Below, one piece after another: positions 13,201 through 26,574 of a DNA stretch of 64,000 bases. The notes under the pieces are model-generated. The model was given only the letters and a program-made list of their open reading frames with translations. It was not told the origin of the DNA and did not search any database. Source of the DNA: Felis catus (Eukaryota); assembly GCF_018350175.1 (NCBI RefSeq), contig NC_058368.1:84508001-84572000 (forward strand). Reading direction: 5' to 3'. How positions within the stretch are numbered: the stretch's first letter is position 1; every line of letters begins with the position of its first letter. Position numbers and translations under genes: made by a program.

Positions 13201-14328
13201 ACTCTTGGGTTCATTGATATGTTCAACTGTTTTTTGTGTTTTTTTTTATTCTTTCTTGTTTATGCTCTGATATTTATTATTTAATTTTTTCTGCTGGGTT
13301 TTGAGTGTCTTTGCTGTTGTGCTTCTAGTTTCTTAGGTGTGCTGTTAGATTTTGTGTTTGGGATTTTTCTTTTTTCTTGTGATAGTCCTCAATTGAAGAA
13401 AGAACTCTTAGGACTGCCTTTGCTGCATCCCAAAGGTTTTGGATTGTTTTATTTTAATTTTCATTTTTTTCCATATATATTTTTTTAAATTTCTTCTCTA
13501 ATTGCCTGGTTTACCCACTCTTTCTTTAGTATGATGTTCTTTAACCTCCATGCTTTTGGAGGTTTTTCAGATTTTTTCCTGAGGTTGATTTCAAGTTTCA
13601 CAGCATTGTCATCTGAAAGTGTGTATGTTACCATACACAATTCTTTTATATTTAAATATCAATTCTTTTATATTTATTGAAGGCTGTTTTGTGACCCAGT
13701 ATGTGATCTATCTTGGAAAATATTCCATGTTCACTTGAGAATAAAGTACATTCTGCTGCTTTGGGACGTAGAATTCTAAATATATCTGTCAAGTCCATCT
13801 AGGACCAATGTATCATTCAGGGCATCGTTTCTTTATTGATTCTCTGTCTAGATGATCTGTCCATTGTTGTAAGTGGAGTATTAAAGTCCCCTGCAATTAT
13901 CACATTCTTTTCAATAAGATTTCTTATGTTTATGATTACTTGTTTTTTGTTATTTGGGGCCTCCCAAAATTGGTCAATAGACATTTATAATTGTTAGCTT
14001 TTCCTGATGGGTAGACCCTGTAATTATTATATAATGCCCTTCTTCATCTCTTGTTACAGCCTTTAATTGAAAGTCTAGTTTTCCTGAAAGAAGTATGGCT
14101 CCTCCAGCTTTTTGTTGTTTTGAACTTCCAGTAGCATGATAGATAATTCTCCATACCCTCACTTTCAATCTTAAGGTGTTCTCAGTTCTAAATGAGTCTC
14201 TTGTAGACAGCAAATAGATGCGTCTTGTTGTTTTTTTTTTTAAATCTATTCTGATACCCTGTGTCTTTTGATTGGAACATTTAATCCATATACATTCAGT
14301 GTTATTAGTGAAAAATATGGGTTTAGAG
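10230..14328 (-). mobile_element. LINE-1, essentially complete ORF2 + 3'UTR, disabled
   Basis: EN/RT/C-terminal peptides ([46 protein letters not shown]); breaks off just downstream of the ORF2 start. Confidence 0.92.
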
Positions 14329-17300
14329 CAGGAGCCAAGATGGCGGAACAGTATGGAAGTTTTTTTGTGTCTCGCACCCATGAAGTACAACCAGATCAAC
14401 ACTAAACCATCCTGCATACCTAGAAAACTGATATGAGGATTAACACAACAATATGTACAAGCTGAACCACAGAACTCAGCAGGTACACAGGGTGGAAAGG
14501 TGAACAGGGGGAGAGAGAAGCCACAGAGGGCAGGTAGCTCTTTTTGCATGCAGAGAGAGGACAGAGATGGGGGTGAGAGGAATAAGGGAAAAGCACCCCT
14601 CCCAAAAGCAGCTGGAAAGTGGAAAAGTGGAAAGAGCCACAGGGACTGAACTAAAAAGGGAGGAAGGAGAGGGATTAAATTCCATTAAGACTCCATAAAC
14701 AGGAGAAGTGCAGAGTTTGAAATGCTGCGGCTCGATACCTGGTGGCTCTGGTGAGAAGGGTGAATTCCCAGGAGCACAGTGAAGTCCAGGGGTCTTCAGG
14801 TCACATGGGGAGAGATGGCTCCCATGCTGGGTGGACACCTGGTAGAGGCTGTGTGGTTCCCCCAAAGGCAAAGGCCCCAGGTTTACCCAGGGGAACAACC
14901 ACATTCACTCGTGCTGGAACATGGTCGTTAAGGATGAAGCTTGTTGCCAGATGTGTCTTGTGATTTTCCACAATCCCTGAAACCTACTGCTACATGATCG
15001 TGCAAACTTTTTATGGTGCAGGCTGGCACCCAGTCACAGTCTCTGGGCATTGGACACAGAATGGTCCTGCAAACATTCCTTGGTGTGGCTGGCACCTGGC
15101 CATTGCTTGGTGAGACCCTCCCATAGAGTGTCAGAGCCACAGTCCATCAGAAGTAAGGGGTTGGGAAAACAGCCGCATCTGAGACAAAACAGGAGGGAGA
15201 TGCTTCCTGGGGTTTGGTCACAGACACTGTAAAAGTGGGAAGTGGGGAGTGTACGGAAGACACTTTGAATACAAAGGAGTTGTGTTCAATTGCTGATCAG
15301 GGAGACCAGAGTTCGGATACTAGAGATTGGGTTGCTAGGTAATGTCATTTCACCACTTTTGCACATGTGCATATGCACCTACAAGCGCCAAAACAATCAC
15401 CCCAGGAAGCTAAGCAGAGCCATCTATTAGAGAATGGAGCCATTACACTAAGTCCCTCCCAACTGGGCTAACCTTGCTCTTCAGGAGCACAAGTCTTTCT
15501 GTCTGCTTAGTTTATGGACTATAAAGTGCTTCACAGTTTGACTTCTAGGGAAAAACGAAGTAATTTCAATCACATTTCAGTCTGTTCTCTGGTCTATGTA
15601 TTAAATTTTCTGTTTTTTTCTTTTTTCTCCTTTTCATTTCTTTTCTTTTTCTTGAATACAGAAAAAAAAACTATTTTTGTTTTCAATTTTCATTAAAATA
15701 TTTTCTTTAACTCTTTTTCTACTGTTTTTTTTTACTTTTGTGTAGGTTTTTTCAAATTCTAGTTTAATTCCATCATTTCATTTTATTCTACTACAGGGTA
15801 TTCATTTTTTTCAAATTTTCAAATGATTTCATATTTTCCCTTTATTTCCCTTTTTATCTCTAATCTATGAAGTCCCTTTCAATATCCAGACCAAAACACA
15901 CCTATGATCTAGCATCACTGATTTGATATGTGTTTGTGTGTGTTGTGTTTAATTTTTTAACTTAAATTTTTTTAAATAAAAAATTTAATATTAATATCTT
16001 TACCTCATCAATTCCTTTTCTTCTTTCAAAATGATGAAATGAAGGGATTCACCCCAAAAGAAAGAGCAGGAATAAATGACATCCAGGGACTTAACCAACA
16101 CAGACAGAAGCAAGATGTCTGAACCAGAATTTAGAATCATGATAATAAGAATATTAGTTGGCATTGAAAATAGATTAGAATACTTTATGCAGAGATAAAA
16201 GAAGTAAACACTAGTCAGGATGAAATAAAAAATGTTGTAACTGAGCTATAATCTCAAACGGATGCCACGGCAGCATGGGTGGATGAGGCAGAGCAGAGAA
16301 TCAGCGATATAGAAAAGAAACTTATGGAGAATAATGAAGCATAAAAAAGAGGTAGACTAAGGCAAAAGAACACGATTTAAGAATTAGAGAAATCAGTGAC
16401 TCATTAACAAGGAACATCAGAATCATAGGGGTCCCAGGAGAAGAAGAGAGAGAAATAGGGGTAGAAGTGTTATGTGAGCAAATCATAGCAGAAAACAGAC
16501 AACAAAATCCAGAAAGCACAGAGGACCTCCATTAGATTCAACAAAAACTGACCATCAACAAGGCATATCATAGTCAAATTCAAAAAATACTCAGGCAAGT
16601 AAAGAATCATGAAAGCAGCAAGGGAGAAAAAGAGTCCTTAACCTACAAGGGAAGACAGATCATGTTTGTAGCAGATCTATCTACAGAAACTTGGCAGGCA
16701 AAAAAGAAGTTGCAGTATATATTCAATGTGCTGATTCAGAAAAATATGCAGCCAAGAATTCTTTACCCAGCAAGGCTGTCATTCAAAATAGAAGGAGAGA
16801 TAAAAAGTTTCCCAGACAAAAGAAAATTAAAGGAGTTTGTGAGCACTAAACCAGCCCTGGAAGAAATTTTAAGGGGGATTCTCTGAGGGGAGAAAAGATG
16901 AAATAATAAACAAACAAACAAGACAACAGAGACTAGAAAGGACCAGAGAACGCCACCAGAAACTCCAACTCTGCAACCAACATAATGGCAATAAGTTCAT
17001 ATCTTTCAGTTATCACTCTAAACATCAATGGACTCAGTGCTCCAATCAAAAGACATAGGGTAACAGAATGTATAAAAAAACAAGATCAATGTATATTCTG
17101 TTTACAAGAGACCTACTTTAAAGACACCTTCAGATTGAAAGTAAGGGGATGGAGTCTATCATGCTAATGGTCCACAAAAGAAAGCCAGAGTAGCCATATT
17201 TATATCAGACAATCTAGACTTTCAAATAAAGACTGCATCAAGAGATGCATAAGGGCATTATATCATAATTAAGGGGTCTATCCACCAAGAAGACCTAACC

Positions 17301-20300
17301 ATTGTAAACATTTCTGCTCCTAATGTGAAAGCACCCACATATATAAATCAATTGATTACAAACATAAAGAAACTCATTGATAGTAATACCATATTAGTAG
17401 AAGATTCAACACCCCAGTCACAGCAATGAACAGATCATCTAATAAAAAAATCAACAAGAAAACAATGGCTTTGAATGACACACTGGAACAGATGGACTTA
17501 ACAGATATATTCAGAACATTTCATCCTAAAACAGCAGAATATACATTCTTCTCCAGTGCACATGGAACGTTCTCCAGAATAGACCATACAGTGGGAAACA
17601 AATCAGCCCTAAGTAAGTACAAAAAGATTGAGATCATACCGTGCATATTTTCAGACCACAACACTATGAAACTCAAAATCAACCATAAGAAAAAATTTGG
17701 AAAGGTAACAAATACTTGGAGACTAAATAACATCCTACTAAAGAATGAATGGGATAACCAAGAAGTTAAAGAGGAAATTAAAAAGTTCATGGAAGCCAAT
17801 GAAAATGATAACACCAGAACCCAAAAACCTCTGGGACTCAGCAAAGGCGGTCATAAAAGGAAAGTATATAGCAATCCAGGCCTTCCTAAAGAAGGAAGAA
17901 AGGTCTCAGATACAAAACCTAACTTTACGCCTTAAAGAGCTGGATAAACAACAGCAAGTAAACCCAAAACCAGCAGGAAACAGGAAATAATAGAGATTAG
18001 AGCAGAAATCAATGCCATCGAAACCAAAATAACAGTAGAACAAATCAATGAAGCCAGAATCTGGTTCCTTGAAACAATTAACAAAATTGATAAACCACTA
18101 GTCAGTGTGATCAAAAAGAAAAAGGTAAGGACTCAAATAATATCAAGAATGAAAAAGGGGAGATCACAACCAACACAACAGAAATAAAACCAATAATAAG
18201 GGAATATTATGAGCAACTATATGCCAATAAAATGGGCAATCTGGAAGAAATAGACAAATTCCTAGAAACATATACACGACCAAAACTGAAACAGGAAGAA
18301 ATAGAAAATTTGAACAGATTTATAACCAGTAAATAAATCGAATTAGTAATAAAAAAAATCTCCCCCAAAACAAGAATCCAGGGCCAGGTGGCTTTCCAGG
18401 GAAATTCTACCAAACAATAAAGGAATAGTTAACATATATTCTCTTGAAGCTGTTCCAAAAAATAGAAATGGAAAGAAAACTTCCAAACTCTTTCTATGAA
18501 GCCAGCATGACCTTGATTCCAAAACCAGAAAAAGACCCCACTAAAAAGGAGAACTATAGACCAATTTCCCTGATGAACATGGATGAAAAATCCTCAACAA
18601 GATATTAGCCAACTGGATCCAAGAATACATTGAAAATATTATTCCCCACGACCAGTGGGATTTATACCTGAGATTCAGGGCTAGTTCAATATCCACAAAA
18701 CAATCAATGTGATTCATCACATCAATAAAAGAAAGGATAACCATATGATCCTCTCAATAGATGCAGAGAAAGCATTTGACAAATACAGCATCCATTCTTG
18801 ATAAAAACTGTCAAGAAAATAGGGACAGAAGGAGCATACCTCGAGATCATAAAAGCCATATATGAACGACCCAATGCTAACATCATCCTCAATGGGGAAA
18901 AACCGAGAGCTTTCCCCCTAAGGTCAGGAACAAGACAGGGATGTCCACTCTTGCCACTGTTATTCAACATAGTATTGGAAGTCTTAGCCTCTGCAATCAG
19001 ACAACACAAAGAAATAAAAGGCATCCAAATCAGCCAGGAGGAGGTCAAACTTTCACTCTTAGCAGATGACATGATACTGTATATGGAAAACCCAAAATGT
19101 TCCACCAAAAAACTGCTAGGGCTGACTCATGAATTCAGCAAAGTTGCAGGATATAAAATCAATGCATAGAACTCAGTTGCTTTCCTACCACCAACAATGA
19201 AGCAACAGAAAGAGAAATCAAGGAATTGATCTCATTGACAATTGTACCAAAAAGCCATCAAATACCTAGGAATAAATCTAACCAAAGAGGTGAAAAATCT
19301 ATACAGTGAAAACTATGGAAAGCTTATGAAAGAAATTGAAGAAGACACAAAAAATAATGTAAAAATATTCCATGCTCTTGGATAGGAAGTACAAATATTA
19401 TTAAAATGTTACTACTCAAATCAATTTACATATTCAATGAAGTAACTATCAAAATAACACCAACATTCTTCACAGAGCCAGAGCAAATGATTCTAAAATT
19501 TGTATGGAAAAATAAAAGATGCCAAATAGCAAAAATGTTGAAAAAGAAAACCAAAGCAGGATGCATCACAATTCCAGACTTCAAGCTGTATTACAAAGCT
19601 GTAATCATCAAGACAGTGGGCTACTGGTACAAAACAGGCACTCAAATCAGTGGAACAGAATAGAGAACCCAGAAATGGACCCACAAATGTATGGCCAACT
19701 AACCGTTGAAAAAGCAGGAAAGAATATCCAATGGAATAAAGACAGTCTCTTCAGCAAGAGCAAGTGATGCTGGGAAAACTGGACAGCGACATGCAGAAGA
19801 ATGAACCTGGACCACTTTCTTACACCATACACAAAAATAAAATCAAAATGGATGAAAGACCTCAATGTAAGACAGGAAGCCATCAAAATCCTCGAGGAGA
19901 AAGCGGCAAAAGCCTCTTTGATCTTGGCCGCAGCAGCTTCTTACTCAATATGTCTCCAGAGGCAAGGGAAACAAAAACAAAAATGAACTACTGGGACCTC
20001 ATCCAAATAAAAAGCTTCTGCACAGAAAAAAAAAAAAAAACAATCAGCAAAGCAAAAGGCAACTGACAGAATGGGAGAAGATACTTGCAAACGACATATC
20101 AGATAAAGGTTTAGTATCCAAAATCTATAACAATCTTTCCAATCTCAGCACCCAAACAAATAATCCATTGAAGAAATGTGCAAGAGACCTCAATAGACAC
20201 TTCCCCAAAGAAGACATCCAGATGGCCAACTGACAGATGAAAAAATGCTCAACTTCACTCATCAAGGAAATAGAAAGCAAAACCACAATAAGATACCACC

Positions 20301-21045
20301 TCACCCCTGTCAGAATGGCTAACATTAACAACTCAGCCAACAACAGATGTTGGCGAGGATGTGGAGAAAGAGGATATCTTTTGCACTGCTGTTGGGAATG
20401 CAAAGTGGTGCAGCCATTTTGGAAAACAGTATGGAGGTTCTTCAAAAAATGTAAAATACAACTACCCTATGACCCAGAAATTGCGCTACTAGGTATTTAT
20501 CCAAGGGATACAGGTATGCTGTTTCATAGAGACACATGCACCCCAATGTTTATAGCAGCACTATCAACAATAGCCAAAGAATGGAAAGAGCCCTAATGTC
20601 CACACACGGATGAGTGGATAAAGAATATGTGGTATATATATACAATGGAGTATTACTCGGCAATCAAAAGGAATGAAATCTTGCCATTTGCAACTATGTG
20701 GATGGAACTAGAGGGTATTATACTAAGCGAAATTAGTCAGAGAAAGGCAAATATCATATCACTTCACTCATATGAGGACCTTAAGACACAGAACAGATGA
20801 ACACAAGGGAAGGGAAGCAAAAATTATATAATAACAGGGAGGGGAACAAAACATAAAGAGACTCTTAAATATGGAGAACAAACAGAGGTTACTGGAGGAG
20901 TTGTGGGAGGGGGCATGGGCTAAGTGGGTAAGGGGCATTAAGGAATCTATTCCTGAAATAATTGTTGCAGTATATGGTAACTAATTTGGATGTAAATTGA
21001 AAGAAATAAAATAAAAAGAACAGAAATAAGTAGACAAAAAATAAA
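14329..21045 (+). mobile_element. Full-length LINE-1 (~6.7 kb), disabled
   Basis: 5' GGAGCCAAGATGGCGG (YY1 motif), ~1.7-kb 5'UTR, ORF1 16031-16886 with stops, ORF2 from 16985 ([25 protein letters not shown]), 3'UTR and A-rich tail. Confidence 0.95.
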
Positions 21046-24000
21046 TAAATATTTATCCCCCCATTTTGAGAGAACCCAAATATGTAAATCAATTAATTGC
21101 AAACATAAAGAAACTCATTGATAATAATACCATAATAGATTGCGACTTTAACACCCCACTTACAACAATGGACTCACCATCTAAGCAGAAAATCAATAAG
21201 GAAACAATGTCTTTGAATTACACACTCGACTGGATGATCTGAACAACTATATTCAGAACATTCCATCTTAAAGCAGCAGAATACACATTCTTTTAAAGTG
21301 CACATGGAACATTCTCCACTATAGATCACAATCTGGTCACAATTCTGCCCTCAACATGTACAAAAAAAGATTGAGATCATAGAATATATATTTCATATCA
21401 CAACACTCTGAGACTTGAAGTCAACCATAAGAAAAAAAATTGGAAAGCCTCAAAAACTTGGAGGTTAGAGAACATCCTACTGAAGAATTATTGTGTTAAC
21501 CAGGAAATGAAAGAAGAATTTAAAATCTACATGGAAGCAATGAAAATGAAAATATGACAGTCCAAAGCCTTTGGGATGCAGCATAGGAAGTCCTAAGAGG
21601 GAAGTGTTTTGCAACTCAGGCCTATTTCAAGAATAAAGACAGGTCCACAACACAACCTAACCTTATACCAAAATGAGCAATGGACAGATAACGAAAGCAG
21701 AAAATCAACAAGGAACAATGGTTCTGAGTGACACACTGGCAATATAGATTTAACAAATACATTCAGGACATTTCATCCTAAAGCAGCAGAACACACATTC
21801 TTTTCCAGTGCACATGTAACATTCTCCAGAAAAGATCACATACTGGGTCACAAATCAGTCTTCAGCACATACAAAAAGATTAACATTATACCATGCATAT
21901 TTTTAGACAGAAACGTTATGAAACTTAAATTAACCACAAGAATAACATTTGGAAAGGCCACAAATACTTGGAGATTAAAGAACACCTTACTAAAGAATGA
22001 GTGGGTTAACCAAGTAATTAAAAAGGGAATTAGAAGGTACATGGAGGCCAATGAAATGAAAACACTACAGTCCAAAATCTCTGAGATGCAGCAAAGGTGG
22101 CCATAAGAGGGAAGTATAAAGCAATCCAGGCCTTCCTAAAGGAGGAAGAGATGGCTCAAGTACACCAACTAATCTTACACCTAATGGAAATGAAAAAAGA
22201 AAAAGAAATAAAGCCCCAAATCAGGAGACAAAGGGAAATAATAAAGATTTGAGCAGAAATCAATGATGTAAAAAAAAAAAAAAAAAAACCACAGTAGAAC
22301 AGGTCAACAAAACCAGGAGCTTGTTCTTTGAAAGAATTAACAAAATTGATAAACCCCTCGCCAGACTTATCAAAAAGAAAAAAGTAAAGGACCCAAATAC
22401 ATACGATCATGAATGAAAGAGGAGAGATCACAACCAACACTGCAGAAATACAAACAATAATAAGAGAATATTATAAGCAATTATATGCCAGCAAATTGGG
22501 CAATCTGGAAAAAATGGACAAATTCCTAGAGACATATAAACTACCAAAACTGAAACAGGAAAAAATAGAAAATTTGAACAAACCCATAACAAATAGTAAA
22601 TAAATTGAATCAGTAATCAAATATCTCTCAAAAAATACGAGTTCAGGACTGGATGGATTCCCAGGGGAATTCTACCAAACATTTTAAAGAATATATACCT
22701 ATTCTTTTGAAGCTGTTCCAAAAATAGAAGTGGAAGGAAAACTTCCAAACTCATTCTATGAGGTCAGCATTACCTTGTTTCCAAAACCAGGCAAAGGCCC
22801 CAATAAAAGGAGCATTACAGACCAGTTTTCCTGACGAACATGCATGCAAAAATTCTTAACAAGAGACTAGCAAACAAAATCCAACAGTTCATTAAAGTTA
22901 TTTACCATGACTAAGTGGGATTTATTCCTGAGCTGCAGTGGTGGTTTAATATCCACAAATCAATCAACATGATACATCACATTAATAAAAGAAAGGATGA
23001 GAACCACATGATCTTCTCAGTAGATGTAAAAAAGCATGACAAATACACCATCCTTTCTTGAAAAAAGCACTATGGAAAGTAATGATAGAAGGAACATGCC
23101 TCAACCATCATAAAGGCCATATGTGAGAGACTCACAGGTACTATCAACATCAATGGGGAAAACTGAGAGCTTTTCCCCTAGGGTCCGGAACACGACAAAG
23201 ATGTCCACTCTCACCCCTGTTGTTCAACATAGTGTTGGAAGTCCTAACCTCAGCAGACAACAAAACAGAAGTAAAAGGCATCCAAATTGAGAAGCAAGAA
23301 GTCTTCACTCTTTGGAGATGACATGATATTCTTTGTGGAAAACCTGAAAGACCCCACCAAAACACTGCTAGAACTGATACATGAATTCAGCAAAGTCGCA
23401 GGATATAAAATCATTGTAAATAAATCAATTACATTTCTATACACCAATAATGAAGCAGCAGAAAGGGAAATCAAGGAATCAATCCCATTTACAATTGCAC
23501 CTATAAAATGCCTAGGAATAAACCTAACCAAAGAGGTAAAGGATCTGTACTCTGAAAACTGTAGGAAGATTTAAGAAAGAAATTGAATAAGACACAAAGA
23601 AATTGAAAAATATTCCATGTTCATGAATTGGAAAAACAAATAATGTTAAAATGTTAATACTACCCATAGAAATCTATACATTCAATGCAATCCTATAAAA
23701 ATAACACCAGCATTCTTTATAGAGCTAGAACAAACAATTCAATATTTGTATGGAACCAGAAAAGGCCTCATGGCGAGGATCCAGAAAAAGGGGAAGACTT
23801 TTGTACTGTTCAAACTGGTGCAGCCACTTTGGAAAACAGTGTAGTGTTACCTCAAAAAGTTAGAAATAGAGCTGCCCTACAAAAAGTAATTGCACTTATT
23901 GGTATTTATCCAAAAGATACAAAAATGCTGATTCAAAGGTGCACATGCACCTCAATGTTTATAGTAGTACTATCAACATTAGACAAATTATGAAAAGAAT

Positions 24001-24050
24001 CCAAATGTCCATTGATTGATGACTGGATAAAGATGTTATACACACACACA

Positions 24051-24091
<41 letters not shown>

Positions 24092-24520
24092 GAATATTAC
24101 TTGGTGATGAAAAAAATTAAAATCTTTCCATTTGGAATAACATGGATGGAACTAGAATGCATTAAGCTAAGTGAAATAAGTAGTCAGTGACACGTAAATA
24201 TCATATGATTTCTCTCATATGTGGAATTTAAGAAACAAAACAGATGAACATAGGGGAAGGGAAGGAAAATAAGATAAAAACAGAGAGTGAGGCAAACCAT
24301 AGGAGACTATTAAATATGGAGAATAAACAGAATTGTTGGAGGGGTGTTGGGTGGGGGAATGGACTAAATGAGTGATGGGAATTATGGAGGGCACTTGTTG
24401 GGTTAAGCACTGGGTGTTATATGTAAGTGATGAATCACTAAATTTTACTCCTGAAACCATTATTACACTATATATTAACTAAATTGGATTTAAATAAAAA
24501 TATAAAATTAAGTTAAATTA
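21045..24520 (+). mobile_element. Stacked LINE-1 ORF2 pieces: EN segment present twice (21045-21680, 21680-), RT, internal jump at ~23770 to the 3' end
   Basis: Repeated EN-region sequence; [14 protein letters not shown] motif; 3'UTR with (CA)n at 24040-24089. Confidence 0.88.
24040..24089. repeat. (CA)n microsatellite
   Basis: About 25 CA units with one interruption. Confidence 0.95.
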
Positions 24521-25246
24521 AATTAAATGAAAAAAATAACAAATATTATGAAACTGTCTATACCACCCAAAGGAATCTATGAATTCAATACAAGCTTTAT
24601 CAAAATAACACCTGCATTTTTCACAGAGCTAGAGAAAATAATTCTAAAATTTGCATGGAGTCAGAAAAGACCCCAAATAGCCAAAATAATGTTGAAAAAG
24701 AAAACCTAAGTTGAAAAAGAAAACAGAATTCCCAACTTTAATCTGTATTACAATGTTGTAATAATCAAGACAGTAAAATATTGGCACAAAAATAGTCACA
24801 TAGATCAATGAAGGGGAATAGAAAGCCCAGAGGTGGACCCACAACTATATGCTCAACTAATCTTTGACAAAGCAGGAAAGAATATCCAGTGGAAAAAAGA
24901 CAGTCTTTTCAACAAATGGTGTTGGGAAAACTGGACAGCAATATGCCAAAGAATGAAACTGAACCACTTTTTTATATCATAAACAAAAATAAATTCAATA
25001 TGGATGAAAGACCTAAATGTGAGGCAGGAAACCATCAAAACCAACTTCTTACTAGACACGTCTCTGGAGATAAGGAAAACAAAAGCAAACATGAAGTATT
25101 GGGACTTCATCAGGATATAAAGCTTCTACACAGAAAAGGAAACAAGGAAACTAAAATGCAGGCCCATAGAATGGGAGGAGATTTTCGCAAATGATATATC
25201 ATATAAGGGCTAGTCTCCAAAATCTATAAAAATAATTATCACACTT

Positions 25247-25463
25247 GGGGCGCCTGGGTGGCGCAGTCGGTTAAGCGTCCGACTTCAGCTCAGGTCACGA
25301 TCTCGTGGTCCGTGAGTTCGAGCCCCGCATTGGGCTCTGGGCTGATGGCTCAGAGCCTGGAGCCTGTTTCCAATTCTGTGTCTCCCTCTCTCTCTGCCCC
25401 TCCCCCGTTCATGCTCTGTCTCTCTCTGTCCCAAAAATAAATAAACGTTAAAAAAAATTAAAA
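25247..25463 (+). mobile_element. CanSINE, young
   Basis: GGGGCGCCTGGGTGGCGCAG head; TSD AATAATTATCACACT (25231-25245, 25466-25480). Confidence 0.95.
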
Positions 25464-26112
25464 AAAATAATTATCACACTCAACACACAAAAAAATAATC
25501 AAGTTAAGAAATGGGCAGACGACATGAATACACACTTCTCTAAAGAAGACATACAAATGACTAATAGATACGTGAAATACACTCAACAGCACTCATCATC
25601 CATTTGCAACAGCGACGTGCATGGAACTAGAATGTATTATGCTAAGTGAAATAAGTTAGTCAGAGAAAGACAGATACAATATGATTTCACTCATATGTGG
25701 AACTTTAGAAAGTAAACAGATGAACATAGGGGAAGGGAAGAAAAATAAGATAAAAACAAATTGAGCATGGCTGGAGGGGAGGTGGGTAGGGGGTGGTTTA
25801 AATGGGTAAGAGGCATTAAGGAGGGCACTTTGGGGGATGATCACTGTATGTCATATGTAAGAGATGAATCACTTGGTTTTACTCCTGAAGCTAAGACTAC
25901 ACTGAATGTTTACTAACTTAGATTTAAGTTGAAACAAGACAGCAAACTCCAGGGATATATAGATTCAGGGGCTAATTCTACCAAGTAGTTAAAGAATAAT
26001 TGATACCTATCATTGTCACTTCCCCCAAAATGGCAGAGGAAATAAAACTTATAAATTAATTCTATGAGGCCAAGAGTACACAGGTACCAAAGCCAGACCA
26101 AAACACTGCAAA

Positions 26113-26113
26113 G

Positions 26114-26164
<51 letters not shown>

Positions 26165-26250
26165 GGGAGGGAGGGAGGGAGGGAGGGAGGGAGGAAGGAA
26201 GGAAGGAAGGAAAAAGAGAAGGAAATACAAGGGAAGGGAAGGGAAAGAAA
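26113..26250. repeat. Compound (GAAA)n-(GGGA)n-(GGAA)n polypurine microsatellite
   Basis: Direct reading of tandem units. Confidence 0.95.
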
Positions 26251-26574
26251 AGCCAAAATTTCTGATGAACATAGATGCAAAAAATCCTGACAAAAATAGT
26301 AGCAAACAAAATTCATCATTGCATTAAAACTGTAATTTGCCACTATAAAGTAAGATTTAATTTAGAGACAAAAGGGTAGCTAAATATTCAGAAATCAGTC
26401 TTATATATCACATTTATAAGAGGAAAGATAAAAATTATATGTTCATCTCAATAGATACAGATAAAGCATTATATAATGTATAATCTTTGTTTATTCCAAA
26501 AACTCTCAGAAAAGTGGGTTTAGAAGACATATACCTCGATCTATAAAGGCCATAATGACAAACCCATGCTATCA

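Larger units (their letters stand above)
24525..26570 (+). mobile_element. LINE-1 3' portion (24525-25930, with deletions) followed by an older L1 RT fragment (25930-26570)
   Basis: tggccaa/ctcaactaatctttgacaaagcaggaaag-type ORF2 sequence, 3'UTR; then LMNIDAK RT-upstream motif. Confidence 0.82.

Noticed and set aside
25247..25330. tRNA gene calls at SINE heads
   Set aside because: These are the tRNA-derived A/B-box heads of CanSINEs, followed by (CT)n and A-tails with TSDs
25913..26343. Low-complexity ORFs (also 703-918, 37029-37376, 45838-46114, 50037-50588)
   Set aside because: Translations of microsatellites or homopolymers
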